From positions 2,095-66,094 of the forward strand of contig REDE01000127.1 in NCBI GenBank assembly GCA_007693635.1: a DNA stretch of 64,000 nucleotides, written 5' to 3'. Positions 29,437 through 40,091 of the stretch are shown here, one piece after another. Source of the DNA: Flavobacteriales bacterium (GTDB lineage: Bacteria > Bacteroidota > Bacteroidia > Flavobacteriales > Schleiferiaceae). The notes beneath the pieces were generated by a model, which was not told where the DNA came from, ran no database searches, and saw only the letters and a program-made list of their open reading frames with translations. Position 1 is the stretch's first letter, and each line of letters opens with the position of its first letter. The position numbers and the translations under genes were made by a program.

Positions 29437-31884
29437 ATGCAATTCGACGATAATATTAGTTTCAACAATTTCATCAATGAAGACACTGAGTTCATTCCTT
29501 TAATGAGTTCCGATGACGAAAAAGTGATGAATGAAGAGTCTACTCCGGAAGATCTACCAATTTTACCCTTAAAAAATACCGTGCTATTCCCCGGTGTAGT
29601 TATACCTATCACGGCGGGACGTGACAAATCGGTGCACTTGATTGAACAAGCCAACAAAGGCAACAAAATCATTGGTGTGGTCGCTCAAACCGATGAGGAA
29701 ATCGAAAATCCCAGCGCCAACGATATTCATAAAATTGGAACTGTAGCCAAAATAATCCGTCTGTTTAAAATGCCAGACGGCAACATCACCGTTATCATTC
29801 AAGGGAAAAAGCGCTTTAGCATCGAGGAAATCACTCGTACTGAGCCGTTCTTAACCGCCAAAATTTCGGTCATTGAAGACAAAAAAACCAATCAAAGCAC
29901 CGCGAAATTCCAAGCACTGATCAATTCCATACGCGACGTAGCCACCACCATCGTAAAGGAATCGCCAAACATTCCTTCCGAAGCGGCTTTTGCGCTAAAA
30001 AATATTGAAAGCAACAATTTTCTGGTAAACTTTATCTCCTCAAATCTGAATTTAGACGTTGAGGAAAAACAAGCCCTACTGGAAGAAGTCGACCTAAACA
30101 AGCGTGCGAAAGACGTGCTGCGCTACCTTACTCAGGAAATGCAAATGCTGGAGGTGAAAAATCAAATTCAGACCAAAGTACGTTCGGAATTTGATCAACA
30201 GCAACGCGAATACTTCCTCCAACAGCAAATGAAAACCATCCAAGAAGAACTGGGTGGAAACTCTTCCGAAAAGGAAATTGAAGAAATGCGTGAAAGGGCC
30301 AAAAGCAAAAAATGGTCGAAAGACATTTCACAGCTATTCCAAAAAGAACTGCAAAAATTACAACGCATAAATCCGCAAGTCCCCGAGCACGGAATACAGA
30401 GAAACTACCTTGAATTTTTATTGGATTTGCCTTGGCAGTCTTATACCCCCGATCGGTTTAACCTAAAGCGAGCTGAACGGGTACTCAATCGCGATCACTT
30501 TGGACTTGAAGATGTTAAAGACAGAATTTTAGAACACCTGGCGGTGCTCAAACTAAAAGGCGATCTACGCGCACCTATCCTTTGCTTGGTTGGCCCTCCA
30601 GGGGTCGGTAAAACCTCATTGGGTAAATCAATCGCCGAATCGCTGGGCCGTAAATACATCCGAATGGCCTTAGGAGGAATGCGCGACGAAGCAGAGATTC
30701 GCGGACATAGAAAAACCTACATCGGAGCAATGCCCGGAAGATTGCTGCAACTGATAAAAAAATCAGGGACTGGCAATCCGGTATTTGTACTCGATGAGAT
30801 TGACAAACTCTCCCGCGACTCGCACGGCGATCCCTCATCGGCAATGCTCGAGGTTCTCGATCCCGAGCAAAATGTTGAGTTCTACGACAATTACCTAGAG
30901 ATGGGCTACGACCTGTCTAAAGTCCTATTTATCGCAACGGCAAATAGTCTTTCCACCATACATCCCGCACTACGAGACCGAATGGAAATCATTGAAGTCA
31001 CTGGGTACACGGTGGAAGAAAAGGTCGAAATCGCGAGAAGACACCTACTCCCTGACCAACTCAAAGAGCACGGATTAAAGCACGATCAGCTGAAAATCAC
31101 ACCGGCTGTGATGACCAAAATTATCGAGCACTACACCCGCGAATCTGGGGTACGCGGACTGAATAAAGTCATGGCGAAAATCGCTCGTCGACTGGCTCGA
31201 AAACTGGCCAGCGAAGAAAGCATTCCTGAAAAGCTAGACTGGACAGAAGCGCAAAAAATACTCGGTGCATTCCGATATCAGCCAGATCCATACGAGGAAC
31301 AAGAACATCCTGGTGTAGTGGCCGGACTTGCATGGACACCCGTTGGAGGGGACCTGCTGTATATTGAAAGTCTTGCCGCCAAAGGATCTGGAAAACTTTC
31401 TATCACCGGAAATCTCGGCGACGTTATGAAAGAATCGGCGCGTATTGCGCAAAGCTACTTGCGCTACAAAGCCGACGAATACAATATTCCGCAAGAGGCA
31501 TTTACCAAATGGGACGTTCATATTCACGTGCCGGAAGGAGCCACCCCAAAAGACGGTCCTTCAGCAGGAATCACCATGTTTACCGCATTGGCCTCACTGT
31601 ACACGCAACGACTCGTTCGCAAAGCCATCGCCATGACCGGCGAGATGACACTTCGAGGAAAAGTGCTCCCCGTTGGTGGTATTAAAGAAAAAATACTTGC
31701 GGCCAAACGAGCAGGTATCAAAGAAATTATACTCTGTAAAGATAACCGCAAAGACATCGAGGAGATTAAGGATGAGTACGTAAAGGGAGTTAAATTCCAT
31801 TACGTCAACACCCTTGACGAAGTTTTGAATATTGCGCTTTTAGACAAAAAAGTCAAAAATGCGGTGAGCTTCAAATCCGAGTAA
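29437..31884 (+). CDS. lon: ATP-dependent Lon protease (endopeptidase La)
   Basis: 815 aa. It has an N-terminal LON domain, Walker [10 protein letters not shown], Walker [10 protein letters not shown], and the catalytic motif [11 protein letters not shown]. Confidence 0.97.
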   Translation: MQFDDNISFNNFINEDTEFIPLMSSDDEKVMNEESTPEDLPILPLKNTVLFPGVVIPITAGRDKSVHLIEQANKGNKIIGVVAQTDEEIENPSANDIHKIGTVAKIIRLFKMPDGNITVIIQGKKRFSIEEITRTEPFLTAKISVIEDKKTNQSTAKFQALINSIRDVATTIVKESPNIPSEAAFALKNIESNNFLVNFISSNLNLDVEEKQALLEEVDLNKRAKDVLRYLTQEMQMLEVKNQIQTKVRSEFDQQQREYFLQQQMKTIQEELGGNSSEKEIEEMRERAKSKKWSKDISQLFQKELQKLQRINPQVPEHGIQRNYLEFLLDLPWQSYTPDRFNLKRAERVLNRDHFGLEDVKDRILEHLAVLKLKGDLRAPILCLVGPPGVGKTSLGKSIAESLGRKYIRMALGGMRDEAEIRGHRKTYIGAMPGRLLQLIKKSGTGNPVFVLDEIDKLSRDSHGDPSSAMLEVLDPEQNVEFYDNYLEMGYDLSKVLFIATANSLSTIHPALRDRMEIIEVTGYTVEEKVEIARRHLLPDQLKEHGLKHDQLKITPAVMTKIIEHYTRESGVRGLNKVMAKIARRLARKLASEESIPEKLDWTEAQKILGAFRYQPDPYEEQEHPGVVAGLAWTPVGGDLLYIESLAAKGSGKLSITGNLGDVMKESARIAQSYLRYKADEYNIPQEAFTKWDVHIHVPEGATPKDGPSAGITMFTALASLYTQRLVRKAIAMTGEMTLRGKVLPVGGIKEKILAAKRAGIKEIILCKDNRKDIEEIKDEYVKGVKFHYVNTLDEVLNIALLDKKVKNAVSFKSE

Positions 31885-31909
31885 GCATCGCGATCTAAAG
31901 ATGAATTTA

Positions 31910-31948
31910 GGCAGGCACTTCTCAGTAAATTAAAGCTGAGTGCCTGCC
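31910..31948 (+). terminator. Stem-loop after lon (terminator-like, no U tract)
   Basis: ggcaggca pairs with tgcctgcc and ctcag pairs with ctgag, with a 3-nt bulge and a 10-nt loop. It is followed by gaaaacc rather than a T run. Confidence 0.45.
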
Positions 31949-32037
31949 GAAAACCTCCCCAAAAATTAGTCGCGAGGAAATTTAGTATTTGGAGAATCTA
32001 AGTTGACCCCGATTCAAAGTTAACAAGTACTTTTGCG

Positions 32038-32045
32038 CTAAGAGT
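32038..32045 (+). promoter_or_regulatory. -7 promoter box TActTTTG with upstream TTGACC
   Basis: Perfect TAnnTTTG match 24 nt upstream of the ATG at 32069. A TTG lies at 32013..32015. Confidence 0.5.
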
Positions 32046-32068
32046 TCATCTACATAAAACTCAAACAC

Positions 32069-32935
32069 ATGTCAATCTTCCGATTTTTTTTCTCCAAAAG
32101 CTTTTGGATCTCCATAGTAATGATGATCATCATTGCGTTTACCGGCATATTTGTCGTGTACTACTGGCTAAAATCGTATACCAAACAAGGGGAGTTAATC
32201 GAAATACCCGACCTTTCGACCTTCACAATCGACGAAGTTGAACGTGAATTCGAAAAACTAGGCTTGCGTTACGAAATCATTGATTCAACGGAATTCGTGG
32301 CGTCATTTCCCCGACTTTCCGTTATCGACCAATATCCTTCTGCAGGTTCCAAGGTAAAACCCAATCGCAAAATCTCTTTGACCATCAATGCCTCGGGGCC
32401 AAGAAAAATTAGCGTTCCCGACATTGTCGACAAGACGCGTAGAAGAGCCATTTATGACCTAGAATCCAAAGGTTTTGAGGTCGGTGAATTGGTTTATGTC
32501 CCACACATCGGAAAAGATGTTGTTCTTGGCTTGCGTTATCGAGGACAAGATGTCGTATTCCCGGCCGAGTTCACTCTAGGAACACGATTTGACGTCATTG
32601 TAGGCATGGGCCTATCCGACGAAAGAGTCCGCATTCCCTACATCAAAAATATGTTACTCGATGATGCCCGGATACGACTCAACAGTTTTGGACTGAATAT
32701 CGGTGCCATTTTGTACGACGAAGATTTACTAGATACTGCCAAAGCCTTTATCTATCGACAAGAGCCCGCACCAAATTGGAATGCGATTATGAGAATGGGA
32801 GGAAGCATCGACGTTTGGATGACTGACAACGAAAATAAAAAAGCCATTGATTCGTTATCATTTCATGATTCCAATCCAATGATTCAGGATAGTTTGAATG
32901 GCAATTTCCAAAATGAGGGTCTAGAAAATGATTAA
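32069..32935 (+). CDS. Membrane-anchored PASTA domain protein
   Basis: 288 aa. It has one N-terminal TM helix followed by three roughly 65-aa repeats with PASTA-like patterns (IPDLSTFTIDEVEREFEKLGL..., VPDIVDKTRRRAIYDLESKGF...). Confidence 0.7.
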   Translation: MSIFRFFFSKSFWISIVMMIIIAFTGIFVVYYWLKSYTKQGELIEIPDLSTFTIDEVEREFEKLGLRYEIIDSTEFVASFPRLSVIDQYPSAGSKVKPNRKISLTINASGPRKISVPDIVDKTRRRAIYDLESKGFEVGELVYVPHIGKDVVLGLRYRGQDVVFPAEFTLGTRFDVIVGMGLSDERVRIPYIKNMLLDDARIRLNSFGLNIGAILYDEDLLDTAKAFIYRQEPAPNWNAIMRMGGSIDVWMTDNENKKAIDSLSFHDSNPMIQDSLNGNFQNEGLEND

Positions 32936-34772
32936 CATCCCAGAAATAAAACGATTTTTCTCTCTCGTCTTCGTATTGGGTTTATCCCTAAATATCCAGG
33001 CACAAATCAAAGAGGAGTTATCCGTGCCTACCCATCGATTTTCGGAGCCTGATTCATTATTTATTCATTTTCCCGAAAGCGACGACACCATTAACTTGCC
33101 GTTCATCGACGACTTTTCCGATCGTTCGCCCATTCCGAGTCCGGCGCGTTGGGCCGACAAACACGTTTTCATCAACAACACTTACGGAATTAATCAGCCT
33201 ACCATGGGCGTTGCCACTTTTGACGGCTTAGACGAAAATGGACGAGCATACGACATCAGCGCCTCTCAGGGAACAGCGCGATGTGATATGCTGACCTCCA
33301 GACACATAAATCTACAAGGGGCTCAAAATGTAAAACTCGGATTTTTGTATCAAGAGGCAGGAAGAGGTGAAAATCCGTCGAATGCTGATTCACTTCGCTT
33401 GGAATTTTGGTCTCCACAAGACACGGTCTGGCAAAGCGTATGGCGGGTAATTGGAAACACCGGTCCGTTCAATCGATTCCAGTCAGTACTTATCGATGTT
33501 GACGACCCCAAATGGCTTAGAAAAGGTTTTAGATTTCGCTTCACCTCCTTCGGAAATCCGAGTGGCGCATTCGACGTATGGAACATAGACTATGTATATT
33601 TAGCCGGCGGAAGATCGCAAAATGATACCTTGCCATTGGATGTGGCCTTTATCGACCAACACCAAACACTCTTGGTGGGCGGCTTTGAAGCATTACCATA
33701 TTGGGTGTACGCCTCCTCCCCTACCAATTTTACGCGTACCTCAGTAACCCAAAGCTACAAACGCAATGTGCCACCAGGATCCCTAGGAGCAATTGTACTT
33801 TCCGGGTACAATTTAACCGGTCAAGGTTTAAATATCAATCAAAACGGAAACATCAACGATGCTGCAGGACACAACAACCTGCATTTTCAACGTATTGAAT
33901 GGAGTCAAGCCATCGCGAACTTCACCAACGCATTAAGTCCCATAACCGGGCCATTTACCCTGCAAATGCGATCGCACATATCGGGAACAGCAGTGGGACT
34001 CCGACGCAATGACACCTTAGTTCGAAATCAGTTTTTCGGCAATTACTACGCCTACGACGACGGAAGTGCTGAAAGGGCTTACGGCATTGCCAACCAAACC
34101 GGGGCCATCACCCTTGCTTCATTTTCACTGCAAGCCAACGATTCCTTAAAAGGACTGTATCTCTATTTCCAGCCTGCGGATGTCGACCCACGCAATAATC
34201 CATTTCACATTGTCGTATACCAAAACAACAATGGTATTCCCGGAACCAAATTATTTGAAAGTGACTCCGCATATTTACCGCGATTCTCTGAGCACAACCA
34301 GTTCATACCGTATCCGATAACCAACCCTCCATTTCTCACAACAGGGAGTTATTTCATTGGTGTAAAACAGCAAAATGCCAATAAACTAAATATTGGTTTT
34401 GACATGAATAGCGTGAATAGAAACACTTTGGTGTACGGCGACGGATCAAACTGGTATGCCTCCCTATTCAACGGAACCTTAATGCTTAGACCCTACTTCC
34501 GCACGGAGGCGCCCGAAATTTCTGTGCGCGAATTCCGAGAAAGATCACCAAGATGTTGGCAGGCAGTCCCCAATCCAAGTAATGGCCAGCTACAAATCAA
34601 AGGTTTAGAATACGAAAGAGACTTTGAGGTGTATGATCAAACAGGGCGAAAGGCAGCAAATTTTCGCGCCAAAGCAAATGAGTACATCCATTTAAACCTC
34701 CCTGCAGGTATATATATTCTCCGTGACATAACCGAAGGACATCACCAAAAATTGGTGATTATCAGCCAATAA
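32928..34772 (+). CDS. Secreted protein with a T9SS type A C-terminal sorting domain
   Basis: 614 aa. It has the signal peptide ...LSLNIQAQ and the C-terminus VPNPSNGQLQIKGLEYERDFEVYDQTGRKA...LPAGIYILRD. It overlaps the upstream gene by 8 nt. Confidence 0.7.
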   Translation: MINIPEIKRFFSLVFVLGLSLNIQAQIKEELSVPTHRFSEPDSLFIHFPESDDTINLPFIDDFSDRSPIPSPARWADKHVFINNTYGINQPTMGVATFDGLDENGRAYDISASQGTARCDMLTSRHINLQGAQNVKLGFLYQEAGRGENPSNADSLRLEFWSPQDTVWQSVWRVIGNTGPFNRFQSVLIDVDDPKWLRKGFRFRFTSFGNPSGAFDVWNIDYVYLAGGRSQNDTLPLDVAFIDQHQTLLVGGFEALPYWVYASSPTNFTRTSVTQSYKRNVPPGSLGAIVLSGYNLTGQGLNINQNGNINDAAGHNNLHFQRIEWSQAIANFTNALSPITGPFTLQMRSHISGTAVGLRRNDTLVRNQFFGNYYAYDDGSAERAYGIANQTGAITLASFSLQANDSLKGLYLYFQPADVDPRNNPFHIVVYQNNNGIPGTKLFESDSAYLPRFSEHNQFIPYPITNPPFLTTGSYFIGVKQQNANKLNIGFDMNSVNRNTLVYGDGSNWYASLFNGTLMLRPYFRTEAPEISVREFRERSPRCWQAVPNPSNGQLQIKGLEYERDFEVYDQTGRKAANFRAKANEYIHLNLPAGIYILRDITEGHHQKLVIISQ

Positions 34773-34783
34773 AATACACAACT

Positions 34784-35824
34784 ATGATTCAGGAACATGA
34801 AGATGACTTCCATCATGAGGAAGAGGAAGAACTATACGTTCACCACCGTTTTGTTACCGACCCTGGTCAACAGCCACTGCGAATAGACAAATACCTGACC
34901 ATTCACCTAAAGAACGCCTCGCGAAATAAAATTCAACAAGCTGCAAAAGCAGGTTCATTAAGGGTTAACAATGTCGAAGTCAAGCAAAATTACCGCGTAA
35001 AAGGCAACGAAGTCGTGGAAGTAGTTTTGACCTACCCGCCTCGCGAAAGGGAAATTATTCCGCAAGACATCCCCTTGGAAATTTTATATAAGGACCAGGA
35101 TGTTGTCGTACTCAATAAAGAAGCCGGAATGGTTGTGCATCCGGGTTACGGAAATTATTCCGGGACTTTGGTCAATGCCTTGAGCTATTTATTCAAAGAT
35201 TTACCCCAGCCAAGCGACAACCCGTTGCGTCCTGGATTGGTGCACCGACTGGATAAAAACACTTCTGGAGTTATGGTGGTTGCCACCAATGATTTTGCCA
35301 TGGCGCATTTGGCTCAACAGTTTTACGTACGCTCCACAGATCGAACTTACAACGCATTGGTCTGGGGCGATTTGGAAGAAGAAAGCGGCACGATCACCGG
35401 GAATCTTGGCCGCAGTCTGCAAAACCGAAAAGTAATGGCGGTATTTCCAGAAGGCGACCAAGGCAAACACGCCATCACTCATTATCGCGTTTTGGAGCGC
35501 TTTGGTTACGTAACGTTGGTAGAGTGCAAACTCGAAACTGGGCGCACGCACCAAATTCGCATTCATATGAAACACCTAGGGCACCCCCTCTTTAATGACC
35601 CAGAATACGGAGGAGATAAAATTCTTCGTGGAACCAGATTTACCAAGTACCAACAGTTTATTCAAAACTGCTTTAATCTTTGTCCGCGACAAGCACTTCA
35701 TGCAAAGACACTCGGATTTACACATCCGGTGACTGGGAAAAAACTCTATTTTGAAAGTCCATTACCCGCCGACATGGAGCAGCTGATTGAAAAGTGGCGT
35801 AATTACACGAAAAGCAACCCTTAA
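34784..35824 (+). CDS. rluD: 23S rRNA pseudouridine synthase, RluD/RluA family
   Basis: 346 aa. It has an S4 domain (RIDKYL), the catalytic motif HRLDKNTSG, and GRTHQIR. Confidence 0.9.
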   Translation: MIQEHEDDFHHEEEEELYVHHRFVTDPGQQPLRIDKYLTIHLKNASRNKIQQAAKAGSLRVNNVEVKQNYRVKGNEVVEVVLTYPPREREIIPQDIPLEILYKDQDVVVLNKEAGMVVHPGYGNYSGTLVNALSYLFKDLPQPSDNPLRPGLVHRLDKNTSGVMVVATNDFAMAHLAQQFYVRSTDRTYNALVWGDLEEESGTITGNLGRSLQNRKVMAVFPEGDQGKHAITHYRVLERFGYVTLVECKLETGRTHQIRIHMKHLGHPLFNDPEYGGDKILRGTRFTKYQQFIQNCFNLCPRQALHAKTLGFTHPVTGKKLYFESPLPADMEQLIEKWRNYTKSNP

Positions 35825-35835
35825 AATCGACTTGG

Positions 35836-37227
35836 TTATTTTCGGTTTAAGATAAACTCTGCAATATCTTGCATAACCACTTCCGAAAAAGTCTCTTCGT
35901 TACTGGCATATTTTAAAGGATCACCATCGGTGCAAGTTTGAAACAAATGATTCAGGTTGTCGTAGAGCTTGACCTCCACAGGAATTAGGTTTTGCTGAAG
36001 TATTCGACGGAAAGTCCGGGTATTTTCCTCAGCCGGAACTTGGGTATCCAACTTCCCATTGATCACTAAAGTAGGGGACGATATATTGCGAATACCCTCA
36101 TTGACATCGTAGCGCATAAAGAAATAAAACCAGGGAGTAAGCATGCTGCGGGCAACCAAATCGTGTTGCTTTCTCAAAGCTTCAGCATCGGTTGAACTTT
36201 GAGCCAACTTAGCGAAATGCCCTTCAATTTTCTGCTGTGCCTCTTCGAGGGAATTAGCCTCCAGAAATAGGTCGAAATAGACCTCTACTTCTTGGCGTGA
36301 CTTCTCTCTTTGGCGTTTTGATAATCCCTGAACTGTTTCTATTCGGTCGCGTTGCAATAAGAGTAAATCCTTGGCGGGCAAACCCGAGGCCGCGGCCATA
36401 ATCAAAAAAGCTGGAGGTGATGATCCGAGTTCGTTATTGGCAATCAGCGCGCTCCATCCACCCTCGCTATGCCCAAAAAAACCAACGCGTTTTTTATCAA
36501 CACGTTTATGCTTAATCAGCGATCGGTAAGCCGAGGCCGCATCCTTGCCAAAATCCTCGGTTGTGGCAGTTTCAAAAGAACCACCTGATTCACCCACTCC
36601 CCTTTCATCATAACGCAAAACCGCAATTCCCGAACGCGTTAGGTAATCAGCCAAAACTAAAAAAGGTTTATGTCCTAGAATTTCACTGTTTCTATCCTGA
36701 GGTCCACTACCGGTAATTAATACAACCGCAGGGAATCGCTTGCGTCCGTTCGGGATAGTCAGTGTACCCCGAAGTGTATCACCTTGATCGCTCAAAAACA
36801 TAAACGTCTCTTCTCTATAAGGGAATGGCGGCTTAGGTTCCTGAGGTCGAATAGGTTTTGCCTCCGACTCCAGCATTGGTTTTAAAGAAATAGGAAAGGA
36901 TTGACCGCCCTGAATCCACCTACCTTCCATATCGTCTTCGGCAATTAACTCCGCCTGAAAAGTTATATCCGCCTCCGAAATACGACATAAAAGCACTCCA
37001 TTCCGAATTCGAACATCTGAAAAAGGCACGCCAAATGCGCCTTGATTAGGACTATCAAAATTAGCTATCACTTGATGAGGACCCGTAGAGTCTACGTGAA
37101 TTTGTAGCTTTAATTCTTGAATTCCCACCTTGAGTGTTCCCGTCCAACTTCCTTGAAAACTTTGGGCTAAAAGATCTGTAAAACCACAGATCAGGACCAA
37201 GAGATAGATTATGCGAAACATGCTCAA
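35836..37227 (-). CDS. Secreted alpha/beta hydrolase (serine hydrolase, S9/S33-like)
   Basis: 463 aa. It has a signal peptide, the nucleophile elbow GHSEGG, and an N-terminal beta-rich domain. Confidence 0.75.
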   Translation of the reverse strand: MSMFRIIYLLVLICGFTDLLAQSFQGSWTGTLKVGIQELKLQIHVDSTGPHQVIANFDSPNQGAFGVPFSDVRIRNGVLLCRISEADITFQAELIAEDDMEGRWIQGGQSFPISLKPMLESEAKPIRPQEPKPPFPYREETFMFLSDQGDTLRGTLTIPNGRKRFPAVVLITGSGPQDRNSEILGHKPFLVLADYLTRSGIAVLRYDERGVGESGGSFETATTEDFGKDAASAYRSLIKHKRVDKKRVGFFGHSEGGWSALIANNELGSSPPAFLIMAAASGLPAKDLLLLQRDRIETVQGLSKRQREKSRQEVEVYFDLFLEANSLEEAQQKIEGHFAKLAQSSTDAEALRKQHDLVARSMLTPWFYFFMRYDVNEGIRNISSPTLVINGKLDTQVPAEENTRTFRRILQQNLIPVEVKLYDNLNHLFQTCTDGDPLKYASNEETFSEVVMQDIAEFILNRK

Positions 37228-37349
37228 ATATTTTCAGACAAAAGTACACGAATTACCAGAAAAATTAAATCCCCGACAGCAAAAATGATTTCAGGGGATA
37301 AAAAAATAACCCAACGCCGACCTCGTTTTTTTTCGTAGGTTTGTCATCG

Positions 37350-37357
37350 TATTTTTG
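37350..37357 (+). promoter_or_regulatory. -7 promoter box TAttTTTG
   Basis: Perfect TAnnTTTG match 32 nt upstream of the ATG at 37389. Confidence 0.45.
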
Positions 37358-37388
37358 CTACTACATTAAATCCATATCACGTAAACGT

Positions 37389-37916
37389 ATGAACCCGATA
37401 GTCAAACAAGAAGCATCCCGCTGGGGATTAATTATGGCTTCCGTATCCGTAATTTTTTACCTTATCGCCTATTTGTTTTCGCTCAAGCTATTTGTAAGCA
37501 TTGGAGTCCCCATGATTGCTGTCAATATCATCCTTCTCGTTCTGGCTATTCGCAGTGCGCGTGAGCAAATGGAGGGATTCATTGAATTTAAAGATGCCTT
37601 CACAACTGCGTTTGTAGCCAATGTAATAGCCTCTTTAATTGGTACTGCCGTAGTTATTGTTATTTTCAACGTGCTCGATCCAAGTGCCGCTGACGAAATT
37701 CAAAAAATTGTTATCGAACAACGGATATACTTGGCTGAACGGCTGAAAGTACCCGAACCCCAAATAGAAAAAATGGTTGAAGACCTTTCTTCTATAAATG
37801 ATTTTACCATTGCCAATCAAGTCAGAGGTTTTTTTATCGGACTGCTTTTCTCGGCGGCGATTTCCGCAATTTTAGCAGCCTTTTTAAAGAAAAACAAGCC
37901 CGTAATTTACGAATAA
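37389..37916 (+). CDS. Small integral membrane protein (DUF4199-like)
   Basis: ORF 37341..37916. The preferred start is ATG 37389 (MNPIVKQEASRWGLIMASVS). It has about four TM helices and lies 3 nt before a GT2 gene. Confidence 0.55.
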   Translation: MNPIVKQEASRWGLIMASVSVIFYLIAYLFSLKLFVSIGVPMIAVNIILLVLAIRSAREQMEGFIEFKDAFTTAFVANVIASLIGTAVVIVIFNVLDPSAADEIQKIVIEQRIYLAERLKVPEPQIEKMVEDLSSINDFTIANQVRGFFIGLLFSAAISAILAAFLKKNKPVIYE

Positions 37917-37919
37917 ATC

Positions 37920-38882
37920 ATGCAGAAATTCGACCTAAGTGTTGTCATACCCCTGCTCAATGAAGAAGAATCATTGCCGGAGTTACACGCGTGGATTTCT
38001 CGGGTTGCCCTAGAGCAAAATCTACGCATTGAAACTATTTTTGTAGATGACGGAAGTTCAGACCGCTCTTGGGAGGTCATTGAGGACATATCAGGGAAAG
38101 ATGAAAATGTAAAGGCCCTACGGTTTCGGAGAAATCACGGCAAGAGTGCGGCCTTACAAGTGGGTTTCGGTGTGGCCAGCGGTGAGGTAGTCATCACTAT
38201 GGATGCTGATTTACAAGACAGTCCGGACGAAATCCCCGACTTGAGAAAGATGATTGTCGAGGATGGTTATGATATGGTTTCGGGCTGGAAGAAAAAACGA
38301 TTCGACCCATTATCGAAAACCATCCCCACCAAACTTTTTAATTGGGCGACTCGAAAAATATCTGGAATACATTTACACGATTTCAATTGCGGCTTAAAAG
38401 CGTATCGATTGGAAGTGGTTAAAAGCATCGACGTGTACGGAGAGTTGCACCGTTATATCCCCTTTTTAGCTCGCAACGCCGGTTATACAAAAATTGGCGA
38501 GAAGGTTGTTCAACATCGCGCACGAAAATATGGGACCACCAAATTTGGTCTCGAGCGATTCATCAACGGATTCTTAGATCTTGTTACCCTAGCATTTGTA
38601 TCGAAGTTCAGTCGCCGACCCATGCACTTTTTTGGAGGTTTAGGCACATTGATGTTCTTCTTTGGATTTTTTTCGGCACTACTTATTGGTGTGGGTAAAC
38701 TCTACGCCCTTTCTCAAGGAGTAAAAGCAATACTAGTAACCGATAACCCCTGGTTTTATATTGCCTTGACTTCCATGATTTTAGGAACACAACTATTTTT
38801 AGCCGGCTTTATTGCAGAAATGATTTTACGCAATACATCCCGCAGAACAGAATACAGTGTTGGGGAACGCATTAATTGCTGA
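37920..38882 (+). CDS. Family 2 glycosyltransferase (polyprenyl-phosphate glycosyltransferase, ArnC/DPM1-like) with C-terminal TM helices
   Basis: 320 aa. It contains LSVVIPLLNEEES, the DDGSSD motif, and DADLQD (DxD). Confidence 0.85.
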   Translation: MQKFDLSVVIPLLNEEESLPELHAWISRVALEQNLRIETIFVDDGSSDRSWEVIEDISGKDENVKALRFRRNHGKSAALQVGFGVASGEVVITMDADLQDSPDEIPDLRKMIVEDGYDMVSGWKKKRFDPLSKTIPTKLFNWATRKISGIHLHDFNCGLKAYRLEVVKSIDVYGELHRYIPFLARNAGYTKIGEKVVQHRARKYGTTKFGLERFINGFLDLVTLAFVSKFSRRPMHFFGGLGTLMFFFGFFSALLIGVGKLYALSQGVKAILVTDNPWFYIALTSMILGTQLFLAGFIAEMILRNTSRRTEYSVGERINC

Positions 38883-38901
38883 CCCCAAGAAACAAAAAAA
38901 T

Positions 38902-39996
38902 ATGTCTAAAATACTCGTAATCAGCGATTACGCAAACATCGTTTCGGCCAGACCCGAAGCGGAAATTTTTATTTCACTACACCAAAAAGGCTGGGATCTT
39001 CTTTTGATGGTTCCGGAAGAATCCCCTTGGATTCCCAGATTTAAGGAGGTTGGTATTCCCTTGGAAATCTATAAGCCCGATGGGAGAAAATCGCCAAACG
39101 AAATTGCGCACATTCGCAAAGTCTTGGATGAGCATCAGATTCCATTGATGATTCTGTTCAATAATCGGGCGGTGATTAATGGGATTCAAGCCGCAAAAAA
39201 TCATCCCGTAAAAGTGGTGGTTTATCGAGGAACTGTGGGTAATGTGTACTGGTACGACCCTACCTCCTACTTAAAAGTATTACACCCCCGCGTTGATTAT
39301 CTTCTTTGTTTGCAGGAAGGTGTCCAAGCACACCTCAACAAGCAACTTATATTTAGCAAAAAGAAGACCTTCTTAATGCGTAAAGGGCACAAACCCGAAT
39401 GGTATGAAAACGTTATAGCCAGAGAACGCGAGTCGTTTCAGATTCCTCAGGACGCCTTTTTGATTTCGTACGTGGGCAATGTCCGCAGATTTAAAGGAGT
39501 CAAGTATTTACTGGCCGCCACGCATCAGCTCGCTAAAGAAAAAAATATCCACCTGATGCTTATTGGCAATGGCTTCGACAAAGACCCCTTCAAGCGAATG
39601 ATTGAAGATAGTCCCATGAAGGACCGCATTCACGTTTTGGGTTATCAAAAAGAGGCACTTTCTTTTGTCGCGGCAGCCGACCTTGCCGTTTTACCGTCTC
39701 TACGGACAGAGGCCCTTACCAAAGCCGTACAGGAAGCTATGCACCTGGGAATTTGTCCAGTAATTACCGATATAGCCGGGAACCAAGGTTTGGTGAAAGA
39801 CGGTCTTAGCGGACGCGTTGTACCCATTAAAGACAGCAATGCGCTAGCCAGTGCATTGCTTGATTGCTACAACAATCCGGAAAAAACTAAAGAGATGGGC
39901 ATGCAAGCAAAAAAACACATACAAACCTGGCTCACCCACGAAAAAACTGTTGAAATGGCTGAAACTGCATTCCGCCAAATGTTGGAAGACAAATAG
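38902..39996 (+). CDS. Family 4 (GT-B, group 1) glycosyltransferase
   Basis: ORF 38857..39996. The preferred start is ATG 38902 (MSKILVISDY). The C-terminal segment is of the E-x7-E type (RTEALTKAVQEAMHLGICPVI). Confidence 0.8.
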   Translation: MSKILVISDYANIVSARPEAEIFISLHQKGWDLLLMVPEESPWIPRFKEVGIPLEIYKPDGRKSPNEIAHIRKVLDEHQIPLMILFNNRAVINGIQAAKNHPVKVVVYRGTVGNVYWYDPTSYLKVLHPRVDYLLCLQEGVQAHLNKQLIFSKKKTFLMRKGHKPEWYENVIARERESFQIPQDAFLISYVGNVRRFKGVKYLLAATHQLAKEKNIHLMLIGNGFDKDPFKRMIEDSPMKDRIHVLGYQKEALSFVAAADLAVLPSLRTEALTKAVQEAMHLGICPVITDIAGNQGLVKDGLSGRVVPIKDSNALASALLDCYNNPEKTKEMGMQAKKHIQTWLTHEKTVEMAETAFRQMLEDK

Positions 39997-40091
39997 TGTT
40001 CATTTCCTGTGAAAAAAATAAATCAAAACCGGTTGACAACATAGGGCTTTTCCTTTACCTTTCAGCTTGAAAAATCAGCACTCATATTTGT